DNA of 64,000 bases from Candidatus Enterousia sp. GTDB taxonomy: Bacteria > Pseudomonadota > Alphaproteobacteria > Rs-D84. Within the stretch, counting starts at the first letter, position 1. Every line of letters starts with the position of its first letter. Shown one piece after another: positions 1-9,481 of this stretch. Position numbers and translations under genes: made by a program. The stretch is taken from positions 32,001-96,000 of the forward strand of contig JAZLBQ010000003.1 in assembly GCA_045613785.1 (NCBI GenBank), read 5' to 3'. Below the pieces are notes generated by a model. It was given only the letters and a program-made list of their open reading frames with translations, was not told where the DNA came from and searched no databases.

Positions 1-1053
1 ATTGGTAGGGTCATAGTCTGCATGAAGTATTTTGTTGCCAGTATCATATTCAGAATCTGGCAATGATACATCGGCACAATTGTATTTGTATTGCGTATGA
101 TCAGCATTAATTTCTGTTTTTATCAATGGAATATTTACAATTCTTATTGTTTTATTATATTTTGTGGGACTGCCGTCATTAGCATCTGTTTCGTAGGTAC
201 CATAGTCAATTTCCTCTATTGTAGTGTTATCAGGGTGTTCAAGGGTAAGTGTGCATGTGTTTGCTACGCAGTTTTTTGGGGTGATAACGTATGGTTTGTC
301 ACTGGTGCAATTTGGGTCTTTTGAGTTGCTTCTACATGCAAGGTATTTATCCCAATTTTTAAATAGGGCATCCCAGTCCGTGTTTTGTAGGTTATCGTAT
401 TCCTGGCCCGTATTCCAACTGTCGCCATAGTGATAATCTTGACTGCATTTGCAGTCTGTGAAATTACCGTTATCATTAGTGACGCCAGTTGTGTTATTGC
501 CACATTGGTGACAAAATTTATAAGAGTTGCTTAATTCGCCTTGTTCGGGGGCAAGGGGTAGCTTGATATTGCTTCCGTTGTTGTGTGTTGATGTGCCAGC
601 TATGAAATATGAACCGCTGTCTACGCTGCCGTAATATGTAAGATTTATATTGGGACCGTAGTTTATGTAATTGATTTCATATGAACATGGTTGACAGCCG
701 TTGTTCATACTGCTGCCTCTCCAGTGGTTCAGGTATTCGCCGGATTGGCAGGCCGCTTTCCATTGGCAATTGGCTGTTTCTTGTCCTGTTACGTCTCGGT
801 CCCAAGAAACACTGCGACCCAGCTTTATTGAACCATTTTTATCACAGCTGTTGCATGATGTTTTGTTTGCTTCGCCGCCTGTGTTATATGTTCCTGCTGG
901 ACATAGTTCGCATTTGTTATTGGTGGTGTTCCAATAACATCCCTTGTTTGTGCTGCAGTTTTCAATTGTGGCATCAGCGGGACATGATTTGGCACCCCAG
1001 GATAGGGTTGGTGTCAGTATTGATAAAAGTGTAATAAAAATTATTTTTTTCAT
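1..1053 (-). CDS. Secreted Cys-rich protein (partial, runs off window start)
   Basis: Not in the ORF track. ATG at 1053 reads MKKIIFITLLSILTPTLSWGAKSCPADATIENCSTNKGCYWNTTNNKCELCPAGTYNTGG...: signal peptide, many Cys, a CPAGTY motif. No in-frame stop in the parts I read (N-terminal third and positions 1-180). Confidence 0.75.
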   Translation of the reverse strand, partial: MKKIIFITLLSILTPTLSWGAKSCPADATIENCSTNKGCYWNTTNNKCELCPAGTYNTGGEANKTSCNSCDKNGSIKLGRSVSWDRDVTGQETANCQWKAACQSGEYLNHWRGSSMNNGCQPCSYEINYINYGPNINLTYYGSVDSGSYFIAGTSTHNNGSNIKLPLAPEQGELSNSYKFCHQCGNNTTGVTNDNGNFTDCKCSQDYHYGDSWNTGQEYDNLQNTDWDALFKNWDKYLACRSNSKDPNCTSDKPYVITPKNCVANTCTLTLEHPDNTTIEEIDYGTYETDANDGSPTKYNKTIRIVNIPLIKTEINADHTQYKYNCADVSLPDSEYDTGNKILHADYDPTN

Positions 1054-1070
1054 TTTTTGGCTTGGTTTAT

Positions 1071-4000
1071 TTATTGGTTGTTTGTGTTGCAACTTTTTAT
1101 TTCTACTTTAGTGTTTATTGGACTGGTGCGGTTGTCGGACCCGGGCCATTCTGAACCGTTATATTCACATGTGCCAATTGTCGGGGAGGTATAATATGAT
1201 TTTGCTGCTGCACAGTTTTCTCCTGTTGGGTCTATTGGGTCGTAGTAGTATGTGCCGTCCTTGGTGGTTTTGACTGCAATTACTTCGCCATCGCATTCTA
1301 TGTTTGTGCCACACGGGAAATTCTTAGGGTTGTTTTCGTTTGCATTACACTCTTGATTCATTCCGTTGTTGCTTAGGCAAATGATGTATATTGTTTCCTG
1401 GTCCGTTGTTGCGTCGTTCTTTGTTTCGTATTTGGCGATTACATATGGTGTTTTGTCATTGTATGTGCATAACACTTTGCCTGCTAGTGGGGCTTCTGTT
1501 GCCGTGTCGTTTATTATTGATGACCACCATGAGTTTGTCTTATTAGTTCCGACTCGTTTTGCCTGGTTTGTGCAGCAGTTACCAAACGATTCGGTTATAA
1601 CCGTGGTGCAACAGTTTGTTTCACCGCCAATAGTGTAAAATTTTCCTTTATTGCTGCCTATACAGTATTCCCCGTCAGAGGAAAAACCATTTATGTCTTT
1701 GCATGAACCGTCTTCGTCTTGTTTGTAGCCAGGGCCGCATGTGGTGTCACGACAACTGTCGGCGGCATTCGCAGTTCCTGTGTTTTGTGCAAACCAGGAT
1801 AATAGTGTGCCGTTCGGGTCTTCTTTGCTGTTTATCAATGGTGTTTTAATACGGTTGTGAGCGTCCTTTTCAGTTATGTCGGTTGTTGGTTCGGCTTCGC
1901 AATTACCCCAAATGCGTTCGGCTAGGCGGCAGCTGTAGCAATCAAAGTTCACAATATCGCATGTTTTGCCAGTGCATTGATTAGCACACTGATTGGCACA
2001 TATGTCGTGCACACAGTTTGCCTCTTGGCCTGTTATACAATTTGCATTATTTTTGTTTGAATCAAAAGAAGAGGGTAACCATATATTGTTTTGCGTTGTA
2101 ATGCCATACATTTCTGGATAAAAGTTAAGGTATGATGGTTGGTCTTTCGCTGGTTCGCTGATTTCAGTTGCGACATTTGTTTGTTCTGTTGATGCTTCAA
2201 CATATGTTAGTTTATGCTGAGATTGAATTTTTGCAATTGATTCTGAACCAGCACTTTTTACACATTCTAAGACTTCAGGCCAGCAGGCAGTGCGGTTGAT
2301 AATAGATTTGCGGTTGATTGATGTGCTGATGTTTTCGCACAGACCAAAATTACCCGATATTGATGTGCAGGCCTGGATAATGCAGGCACGGCCAACCTCT
2401 CGACAGGTTTTTAGAATAGATTCATAAGTTTTTTCTGTGGCAATTTCTGTTATGCCACTTGACCAGTCTTCGCCGCCACCAGTTGAATCCAGTAACGATG
2501 TGCAGGCAGTGCGAACTTGGCTGCACATTGCATTTACGGTTTTGTCGGCCGCAATACCAAAGATAGATAAGGCACGGGCATCAAAATCAGCAAGTGAATC
2601 AAACGCTTCGTCCATACATTGGGTTGTCAATGTCGTGCAAGATTGGCGGACTTGTTCAAGTTTAGATTCTTGTGCTAGTTTTATCTGTGCCAATGCGTCC
2701 TCAAGAAAGGCGTCCCAGACATAGTCGGAGATGTCCTGACAATTCTCCATCGCAGGTTCAAGATATTTCTTTTTTGAATTCAAATATGAAACAAAGCGTT
2801 CGTTGCCGGGCATGGTTGTCCAGGTGCTGTTCGATTCGGGGCGATGTATTAGTGAGCCTAAACCAGCAAGATCAATCGTCAAAAATGCTTCGCCCGTGGT
2901 CGGGTCAATATAGCGACCAGTTGTGTCAAGGCAGTTTGTTAGATTTTTTCCACAAACGGTGGTGTCTGTCAGCATATCTAACATTTTTTGTTTGCATGTT
3001 AAAATATCGTCAGAATTGCGTTTCTGATGTATGTCCAGACGTGACATGTCAAGTAAAGCACTGCTTTCAAATACTTTTGTTCGTGCCTGATCAACCTGGG
3101 TCTGATACGATTTTTTTACTGTGTTGCAATCTTGTTCAATGACCATTTGATAGCCGCCTTCGGCGATTTTTAAATCTTCAGATGAACATACTTCTAGTGC
3201 CATTTGACGGCATACAGGCAGAGCCGCAGTGTATAAGTCAGTGCCAGACTTTGTCGTTGTAGAAGCACCAGCAAGAGAGTCAACAGTGTCAAATGCCGAA
3301 TCGATGTTTAGCGATAGTGATATCGCATTTAGGCCTTGGTCGAAATTACTGTCGTTAAAGCTGGTGTTTAGTTTTTTTGCAATCTCGTCTAACATCTTTT
3401 TGGATTTGGATGTGTCCGCATTGCTGTATGCGATTTCGCCCTCTGTTGCTTGGTTTAGAACGGCGGCATCCTCTTTGTCCATGCTGACCGTTAGTAAACG
3501 TTGACTGAAATCAAGTAATTTGTCTTCGACGTTAGCGAGACTGCGTTTGGTGCTGTTGAATTCGTTTATCCGTGAAGAACAGGCACAGCGTTTTAACTGG
3601 GCGTCTTTGTTCGCACAAAATTCATCCATGCAGTCATAGAACACAGTGCGACATTTTGAAAAATCACGAGTCATCATTTCTGATGCACTTGGTTTGGTTG
3701 TGGCGTTGCGTGCCTTGGTTGTGCGTAAATTATTTGTTGCCGTGCGGCCAGAAATTACACTGCGTGTTGGCTGAATTGTTGGGCGGGGCGCCGATTTTTT
3801 TGATGTAGTTGCTGTGCGTGATTGGGTGGCGTCTTTGTCGGTGGTTTTCGCCGTTCTGGATTGAATGTTTTGTGCAGGACGTGACGATACCGATTGTGTT
3901 GCCGAACCTGTATCAGGGCGTGTAATTATGGTTGGCTTGGTTGTAGTAGTGCGTGAACGCAATGCGTTGCCAGTCGTTTCTGTGTTGATTGTTCTTGACG

Positions 4001-4175
4001 CTGTGTGTGCAGGCGTTTGTGATGTTGTTGTGCTTTTTTGACGTGATGGTGTGACCGTAGTGGGGGTAGAGTTGCGACGTGTCGCTGCACGGGCGATGTC
4101 GCTAGCATCGTCAGCCACCGCCTGAAACGCAAGCGGTGCAAGCAATACAGCCAAAAGCAGTTTAATTCCCTTCAT
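1071..4175 (-). CDS. Large secreted Cys-rich hypothetical protein (1034 aa)
   Basis: Signal peptide, S/T/R-rich disordered N-terminal region, helical Cys-patterned core, Cys-rich C-terminus. Confidence 0.85.
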   Translation of the reverse strand: MKGIKLLLAVLLAPLAFQAVADDASDIARAATRRNSTPTTVTPSRQKSTTTSQTPAHTASRTINTETTGNALRSRTTTTKPTIITRPDTGSATQSVSSRPAQNIQSRTAKTTDKDATQSRTATTSKKSAPRPTIQPTRSVISGRTATNNLRTTKARNATTKPSASEMMTRDFSKCRTVFYDCMDEFCANKDAQLKRCACSSRINEFNSTKRSLANVEDKLLDFSQRLLTVSMDKEDAAVLNQATEGEIAYSNADTSKSKKMLDEIAKKLNTSFNDSNFDQGLNAISLSLNIDSAFDTVDSLAGASTTTKSGTDLYTAALPVCRQMALEVCSSEDLKIAEGGYQMVIEQDCNTVKKSYQTQVDQARTKVFESSALLDMSRLDIHQKRNSDDILTCKQKMLDMLTDTTVCGKNLTNCLDTTGRYIDPTTGEAFLTIDLAGLGSLIHRPESNSTWTTMPGNERFVSYLNSKKKYLEPAMENCQDISDYVWDAFLEDALAQIKLAQESKLEQVRQSCTTLTTQCMDEAFDSLADFDARALSIFGIAADKTVNAMCSQVRTACTSLLDSTGGGEDWSSGITEIATEKTYESILKTCREVGRACIIQACTSISGNFGLCENISTSINRKSIINRTACWPEVLECVKSAGSESIAKIQSQHKLTYVEASTEQTNVATEISEPAKDQPSYLNFYPEMYGITTQNNIWLPSSFDSNKNNANCITGQEANCVHDICANQCANQCTGKTCDIVNFDCYSCRLAERIWGNCEAEPTTDITEKDAHNRIKTPLINSKEDPNGTLLSWFAQNTGTANAADSCRDTTCGPGYKQDEDGSCKDINGFSSDGEYCIGSNKGKFYTIGGETNCCTTVITESFGNCCTNQAKRVGTNKTNSWWSSIINDTATEAPLAGKVLCTYNDKTPYVIAKYETKNDATTDQETIYIICLSNNGMNQECNANENNPKNFPCGTNIECDGEVIAVKTTKDGTYYYDPIDPTGENCAAAKSYYTSPTIGTCEYNGSEWPGSDNRTSPINTKVEIKSCNTNNQ

Positions 4176-4238
4176 CCTTTTAGTATGATGTTAGCAAATT
4201 TTTGAATTTTTGAGCAAGTAGAAAAAATGAAAAAAAAT

Positions 4239-4323
4239 TGGTGCGACTAGGGGGACTTGAACCCCCAAGGGTTGCCCCACAGCATCCTTAGTGCTGCGCG
4301 TTTACCAATTTCGCCATAGTCGC
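4239..4323 (-). tRNA. tRNA-Leu (anticodon AAG)
   Basis: Reverse complement GCGACTATGGCGAAATTGGTAAACGCG-CAGCA-CTAAGGA-TGCTG-long variable arm-GGGGGTTCAAGTCCCCC-TAGTCGC-A-CCA; class II cloverleaf, A73 discriminator, encoded CCA. Confidence 0.93.
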
Positions 4324-4425
4324 ATTTCAAATGCTATTTTTACAAGTTGGGATTTGTTTTTCAACCTTTTTTATGATATTATTATAAGTAATAGTGAAGA
4401 TGTTGAAAGGGAAAAGGAAAAAAAT

Positions 4426-5997
4426 ATGAGTTTCTTGCCAAGATTTCTGTTCAAGTGTTCCGCATTGTTGATGGTGCCAGTGGCGGCAAATGCAGCCGGA
4501 ACTTATTATACGGGTAATTATCAATCACCACAAAGTCGTTATACACAACAGTCATATTCACAACGTGCAAAAACAACCTCTTATTCCCAGCAGGGGGGGT
4601 CGGCGTATAGTCGCAATCAATATTCAAATGCAGGATATACGACAGAGCGTGCAGCACAAAATGCAGCTCAGCAGCGTCAATCAACACAGCAAAATCGTGC
4701 GGCAATACAGACCGGCAATCAAGGATTCTGGTTGGGAGGTGGCTTGTCAAGGCAGACTTCGATGTGGCAATTTGAGATGAAGGAATCTGAATCTATTTTG
4801 CATTATGATAATGTGGATTGGAATGTCTTGGATATCAAAGGTGGCTATAAGTTTGCAGCAGGAAATACGCCAATGCAAATTGATGCTGGTTTTAAATTTG
4901 GTATGCAGGCTGGTGAATCAACAATGGTGGACGATGATATCACAAATGGTGGCTATTTTGTGACAGAGTGGGTCGATGGAAATGTTTGCGAACAGGTTGA
5001 TTCTGATGGAAATTGTGTAAGGTATAAGCATCTGGGAAATCAGATGGGAAATTCTTTGTCGATTGGAACTAGCAAAGACGGATCGATGATGGAATTTAAT
5101 GCAGGAATTGGTTTGACTGATTTCTTTCGCTGGGGGAATTTAAAGGTTACGCCTTCTGTTGGGTGGCGTTATTTGAAGTATAAATTGGAAACTCATAATA
5201 ATCATGGGTTGGCAGTTGATACTTATACAGGACAGGGAGGTTGTTATTCTGTCGAAGGTAGTGATGAAATACAATGCGACCCTGTTGTTATATTTTATTT
5301 TTATGATGCAGATGGTCATTTGAATCAGTATTTGGCAACTCGTAGTGATACAGATGGTGATGGTGTTATCAATTTTAATGATGAAATAAAGATTCCGACA
5401 GATGCGTCGTATGAGTTCGTAAATGCTGGTGGAACATATTACTATGGTCAGCCGGGAATAAGTCATTCGTATGAGGTCGCATGGTCTGGGCCTTACTTTG
5501 CACTGGATATGTTGTATGATATAAACCAGAATAATGCTGTAAATGCATATTTGGAACTGGGATTGCCATCATATAAGGCTACGGGAGATCAGCCATATCG
5601 CTTTGACTGGAAGCACCCAAAGTCAGTAGAAGATACAGCTGGTGTCGGTTCTGCTTTCCATTTGGGTATGGGGGCAAATTGGACAACCGCAATTACAGAT
5701 ACCGTGGCTTTTTCATTGGGTGTAACTTATGATTATTATAATGTTTCAGGTGCAGATGCCAAGACGTATTTGAACGATACTTATTATATGGGGATTTATA
5801 ATGATTTGCTGGGACAGTGGGAAGCCGCTGGTTTTACAGAAGCTGATATGATAAATCCAAAAACAGGAGATCCAATTGCGTTGAATATCATTAAGTTGGA
5901 ACAAGACTGCCCAGGTTGGGTTTGTTCGGCTGATGGTGAAATAGAATCTTTCTATAAATCATTGGGTGTTCGTATTGGTATAAATGCAAAGTTCTGA
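4426..5997 (+). CDS. Outer-membrane beta-barrel protein, omptin-like/Pom-like
   Basis: Start moved to ATG 4426 (upstream ORF part overlaps the tRNA). Signal peptide, Q/S/Y-rich linker, amphipathic strands, SYEVAWSGPY and DWKHPKSVED motifs, terminal Phe, EF-hand-like loop DTDGDGVINFND. Confidence 0.7.
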   Translation: MSFLPRFLFKCSALLMVPVAANAAGTYYTGNYQSPQSRYTQQSYSQRAKTTSYSQQGGSAYSRNQYSNAGYTTERAAQNAAQQRQSTQQNRAAIQTGNQGFWLGGGLSRQTSMWQFEMKESESILHYDNVDWNVLDIKGGYKFAAGNTPMQIDAGFKFGMQAGESTMVDDDITNGGYFVTEWVDGNVCEQVDSDGNCVRYKHLGNQMGNSLSIGTSKDGSMMEFNAGIGLTDFFRWGNLKVTPSVGWRYLKYKLETHNNHGLAVDTYTGQGGCYSVEGSDEIQCDPVVIFYFYDADGHLNQYLATRSDTDGDGVINFNDEIKIPTDASYEFVNAGGTYYYGQPGISHSYEVAWSGPYFALDMLYDINQNNAVNAYLELGLPSYKATGDQPYRFDWKHPKSVEDTAGVGSAFHLGMGANWTTAITDTVAFSLGVTYDYYNVSGADAKTYLNDTYYMGIYNDLLGQWEAAGFTEADMINPKTGDPIALNIIKLEQDCPGWVCSADGEIESFYKSLGVRIGINAKF

Positions 5998-6002
5998 TAG
6001 TT

Positions 6003-6614
6003 ATGACAAGGTTTAGATTTATTTTTGTTGCATTGTTCGCATTGTATGTCGGTGTTGCTGGTGCGGTTGATTTGCGTGGGGTCGCAAATGTAAATATCAC
6101 AAGTGATACCGCGGCAAATGCAAAAAATATTGCTTTTGATGAGGCAAGACGTCAGATTGTCATGGATGCATTGCGGCAATATGCAGATGTAAATGCTTTG
6201 CGTTCTGCTGTAAAAAGTGCTAAAAGTTCTGAATTGATGAATTTGGTTCAGCAATCTAGTATTGACGGGGAAAAAACATCTGATACGACATATTCAGCAA
6301 GTATTTCTATGACCTTAAATTTAGATGCTGCAAGAAATTGGTTGGCGACAAATGAAGTGCAGAATTGGTTGCCAGATGAAACAAAGCGTGATGCTTTTAC
6401 TGTTGTAGTAAAATTATCAAATCCGCTTTCAGATTGGGGACAATTAAATCAAATTGCAAGAACTGAAAATATTGATATGATGACAAAAAGTATTACAGGG
6501 AATTTGGTTCGTGTTGAAATGCCAGTTTCGGTGCGTGGAAAATGGACAATTGCTGTGCGTGAGGCTGGATGGCGATATGCAAACAAAGATGGGGTATTAA
6601 ATATCTGGAAATAA
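6003..6614 (+). CDS. Secreted hypothetical protein
   Basis: Signal peptide (…VGVAGA-VD); 5 bp after the upstream OMP gene. Confidence 0.8.
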   Translation: MTRFRFIFVALFALYVGVAGAVDLRGVANVNITSDTAANAKNIAFDEARRQIVMDALRQYADVNALRSAVKSAKSSELMNLVQQSSIDGEKTSDTTYSASISMTLNLDAARNWLATNEVQNWLPDETKRDAFTVVVKLSNPLSDWGQLNQIARTENIDMMTKSITGNLVRVEMPVSVRGKWTIAVREAGWRYANKDGVLNIWK

Positions 6615-6684
6615 AATTGGATAGCATGTTCGTTGGTTTTTTTATGAAATATGCTGTGGATAGATGAAAAAAAAGGGGATGTGA

Positions 6685-7551
6685 GTGAAAAAAGTTTCTT
6701 TGGCGTTGTTGATGGTTTTGTTGCCGCTGTATGGTTGGGCTGATGAGGTTTCGTCTGATGCTGCAAACAAAGGTTCTTTGGTGTTGGCTGTGCGTCGTAT
6801 CGGATTGGAATGGTCTAAGACACAGGTTCGTAATTCTTTGCAGTATCAAGATTCGCCTGTTTCTGCATTGAAGGCAGACAGTCAGGATTTTATCAAGGGG
6901 GTCTTTGACACGGCATTAGAATATAATAAAAATCGATTCCAGTGGGATAACAGTTTATTTATGGAATATGGTGAAACTAAGTTGAAACCAGTTGATGGTG
7001 TGGAACAGGTAAGTGAAAATGCTGATGATATTTTGTTGAGCAGTAATTTGTCTTATGCGTGTTGGGAGGCTTCTGGGTTTAAATTTGGACCAACTGTGCG
7101 TGCAGCGTATGATACAGAATTTAAAACAACAGGGGATTCTCCACGTCAGAATATTATTCGTTCCAGTGCCGGTCTTTCGTTGTTCGATAATGCGATTATC
7201 AAAAGTTTGTATTTAACTGGGGTGCATGAATATGACTTTACATATTCGCAGACGATTAGCAAGTTGGCAGCAGAAGTTGGTTGGCGGTTGGAATATCAGG
7301 TTCGTGAAGGCGTAAAGTTATCGACTAATGGTTATTATCGTGAATATTTAAGTTATTCTGTATATGAACCAACTGATTTAGAACGTGATTTTAGTGCTGT
7401 CTTGCGTATGGATACGAATTTGTGGGGTGATTTGACGATGGGGCCGTATGTTCAATATCGTCGTGCACGTGCCCGTGGCGTTGATGTCTATGGCAGTAAT
7501 TTTATAATGGGTATTTCATTTAACTATATTACATCATTTGGATTGATATAG
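6685..7551 (+). CDS. Outer-membrane beta-barrel protein (DUF3078/DUF481-like)
   Basis: Signal peptide, alternating aromatic strands (WDNSLFMEYG, FIMGISFNY); GTG start with GGGGA RBS. Confidence 0.65.
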   Translation: MKKVSLALLMVLLPLYGWADEVSSDAANKGSLVLAVRRIGLEWSKTQVRNSLQYQDSPVSALKADSQDFIKGVFDTALEYNKNRFQWDNSLFMEYGETKLKPVDGVEQVSENADDILLSSNLSYACWEASGFKFGPTVRAAYDTEFKTTGDSPRQNIIRSSAGLSLFDNAIIKSLYLTGVHEYDFTYSQTISKLAAEVGWRLEYQVREGVKLSTNGYYREYLSYSVYEPTDLERDFSAVLRMDTNLWGDLTMGPYVQYRRARARGVDVYGSNFIMGISFNYITSFGLI

Positions 7552-7576
7552 TGAACAAAGTTTCCTTTCTTGTCTT

Positions 7577-7604
7577 AAAGTCCCCCATTTGGGGGATTTT
7601 TTTT
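7577..7604. terminator. Intrinsic terminator
   Basis: aaagTCCCCC-attt-GGGGGA-tttttttt hairpin with U tract. Confidence 0.75.
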
Positions 7605-7611
7605 ATTGATT

Positions 7612-7699
7612 GCTAGTTGTCGAACCCTTTTGTCGTGTTCAAATCCTGGGACGCACAGCACAAATTTAAAACACCGCCGTGGGGCGGTGCTTTGAATTC
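7612..7699 (-). repeat. tRNA-downstream palindromic element (terminator plus inverted T-arm copy)
   Basis: On the minus strand after tRNA-Arg: hairpin CACCGCC-cc ac-GGCGGTG, then tgcgtcccaGGATTTGAAC (antisense to a T-arm/acceptor) and GGGTTCGACaactag. Confidence 0.55.
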
Positions 7700-7700
7700 G

Positions 7701-7777
7701 TGGCGCATCCAGAAGGATTCGAACCCTCAGTCTTCTGATCCGTAGTCAGATGCTTTATCCAGTTAAGCTATGGATGC
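7701..7777 (-). tRNA. tRNA-Arg (ACG)
   Basis: GCATCCATAGCTTAACTGGATAAAGCA-TCTGA-CTACGGA-TCAGA-…GGTTCGAATCC…GGATGCGCCA. Confidence 0.95.
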
Positions 7778-7830
7778 AACGGTTTGTTATTTTATACCTT
7801 TTTATTTAAATTGCAAGCAAAAATATTTTT

Positions 7831-8412
7831 TTATTTGGTTTTTTGTTTTATGCCTTTGTATAGTTCGTTGTAATGTTCACGACATACTGATTTATAGTTG
7901 CTGTCTCCAAGAACAAATTGGTCGCCTGCATGTATTACTCGACCATTTTTATCAAAACGTAGATGGTGTGTTGCCATCTTCATACAGCCTGTTATCTGGC
8001 AATTCGATTCCATGCGGTGCAGTTTGGCACCGACTTCTATCAATCGGCGAGAGGCAGGAAATATCTTTTCGTTGCTGTCAACCATAAGACCATAACACAT
8101 GACTATTTTATTCTGTTGGTCGGCAATGTGAACCAGTTTATCTATGTCTGATTCAGAAAAGAATTGAACTTCGTCAACTAAAATAACTTTTGTTTCTGGT
8201 GTTGGAGCATATTTTTCCAGATTTTGTAATGCAGTTGCCTCCCATGACAGTCCTAGTCGAGAATTTATTTTTTGTGTAGAAAAACGTGTGTCAAATGATG
8301 GTTTGATAACCTCGACTTTGTTCCCGTTCTGGGTGAAATTGTATGCGTTCATAATTAGGGCGGCAGATTTAGAACTGCTCATTACCCCATAGTGAAAATG
8401 CAGGTTTGCCAT
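7831..8412 (-). CDS. tdk: Thymidine kinase
   Basis: YGVMSSSKS P-loop, ILVDEVQF, YGL, C-terminal YKSVCREHY zinc motif. Confidence 0.93.
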   Translation of the reverse strand: MANLHFHYGVMSSSKSAALIMNAYNFTQNGNKVEVIKPSFDTRFSTQKINSRLGLSWEATALQNLEKYAPTPETKVILVDEVQFFSESDIDKLVHIADQQNKIVMCYGLMVDSNEKIFPASRRLIEVGAKLHRMESNCQITGCMKMATHHLRFDKNGRVIHAGDQFVLGDSNYKSVCREHYNELYKGIKQKTK

Positions 8413-8436
8413 TTTTTCCCTTCCTTGGGTGATGTG

Positions 8437-9378
8437 TTATTGTTTTATTGTCATTGATTCCAAGCGTTTAATGCGATTGGCAATTGGTGGGTGCGTCGCC
8501 AGCAGTTCGCCAAAAAATGCACGTGGGTTGCCAGGAAATGCAATGCAGGCAGATGCCATTGTTTTGGCACGATCTAATTGAGGTAGGCGTGAATCGTCGC
8601 TGATTTTACGCAGTGCTGATGCTAAAGCATTGGGGTTGCGTGTTATGTGTGCCCCAGTGGCATCAGCGGCATATTCACGATTGCGTGATACAGCCATACG
8701 TAATACAGGGACAATTATTACATTGAATATACTTAAAACCAGCCAGCATAGCCAGATTGTTAAATCGACGCCTTGTTTTTCTTTGTCTCGTGTGCCGATG
8801 TTATGGGTTGCGGTATACCATAATATATTTGCGATAAATACCGTTACACCGACGCCTGTTATCATCAGCATATCTAAGCGAATGTCACGGTTGCCGATAT
8901 GAGCCATTTCGTGTGCAATTACGCCATCAAGTTCTGATTTGTTTAGTCTTTTGATAATTCCACTGGTTAGTGCAATTGATGCGTCTCGTGGGGAACGGCC
9001 CGTGGCAAAGGCGTTAAGTGAGTTGCTGTGGATTATGTAAACACGTGGTGTAGGTAGGCCTGCCGCTAGAGATATGTTCTCGACGCTGCGAAAGATTTCA
9101 CGATATTCAGAATCGTCTGGTTTTATTTCAGTAGCGTTTGCGATGTTTAGCATTATCGAATCGCCAAATGCCCACGATATCAGCATCCAAATCGCACAAA
9201 TCGCAAAAATTGGACCAGAAATTGCCAAGGATGTGGCCAAGGCTTCTTGCTGGGGGCTGCTGAAGGTAAAGGCAATAAATAGCAGGGCGATAAAGGACAG
9301 TGGGAACATCGCCAATAGTATAAATGTCTTGATATTGTTGCTGCGAATATGGTCATAGACCGTTTTTATTGTGGACAT
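8437..9378 (-). CDS. htpX: M48 zinc metalloprotease HtpX
   Basis: LNAFATG, HEMAH, SRNREYAADA, ATHPP motifs; TM helices. Confidence 0.92.
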   Translation of the reverse strand: MSTIKTVYDHIRSNNIKTFILLAMFPLSFIALLFIAFTFSSPQQEALATSLAISGPIFAICAIWMLISWAFGDSIMLNIANATEIKPDDSEYREIFRSVENISLAAGLPTPRVYIIHSNSLNAFATGRSPRDASIALTSGIIKRLNKSELDGVIAHEMAHIGNRDIRLDMLMITGVGVTVFIANILWYTATHNIGTRDKEKQGVDLTIWLCWLVLSIFNVIIVPVLRMAVSRNREYAADATGAHITRNPNALASALRKISDDSRLPQLDRAKTMASACIAFPGNPRAFFGELLATHPPIANRIKRLESMTIKQ

Positions 9379-9481
9379 ATTTGTTTCCTGGGGTTTCTGA
9401 TGGGATTATGTTATAAAAATAATCATATGTTAAGGATTTTATTTATGAAGTTATGGTCTGTTTTGTGATATAATAATTATT

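Noticed and set aside
4291-4425. N-terminal extension of the OMP ORF from 4291
   Set aside because: Overlaps tRNA-Leu and promoter DNA; the signal peptide and RBS fit ATG 4426.
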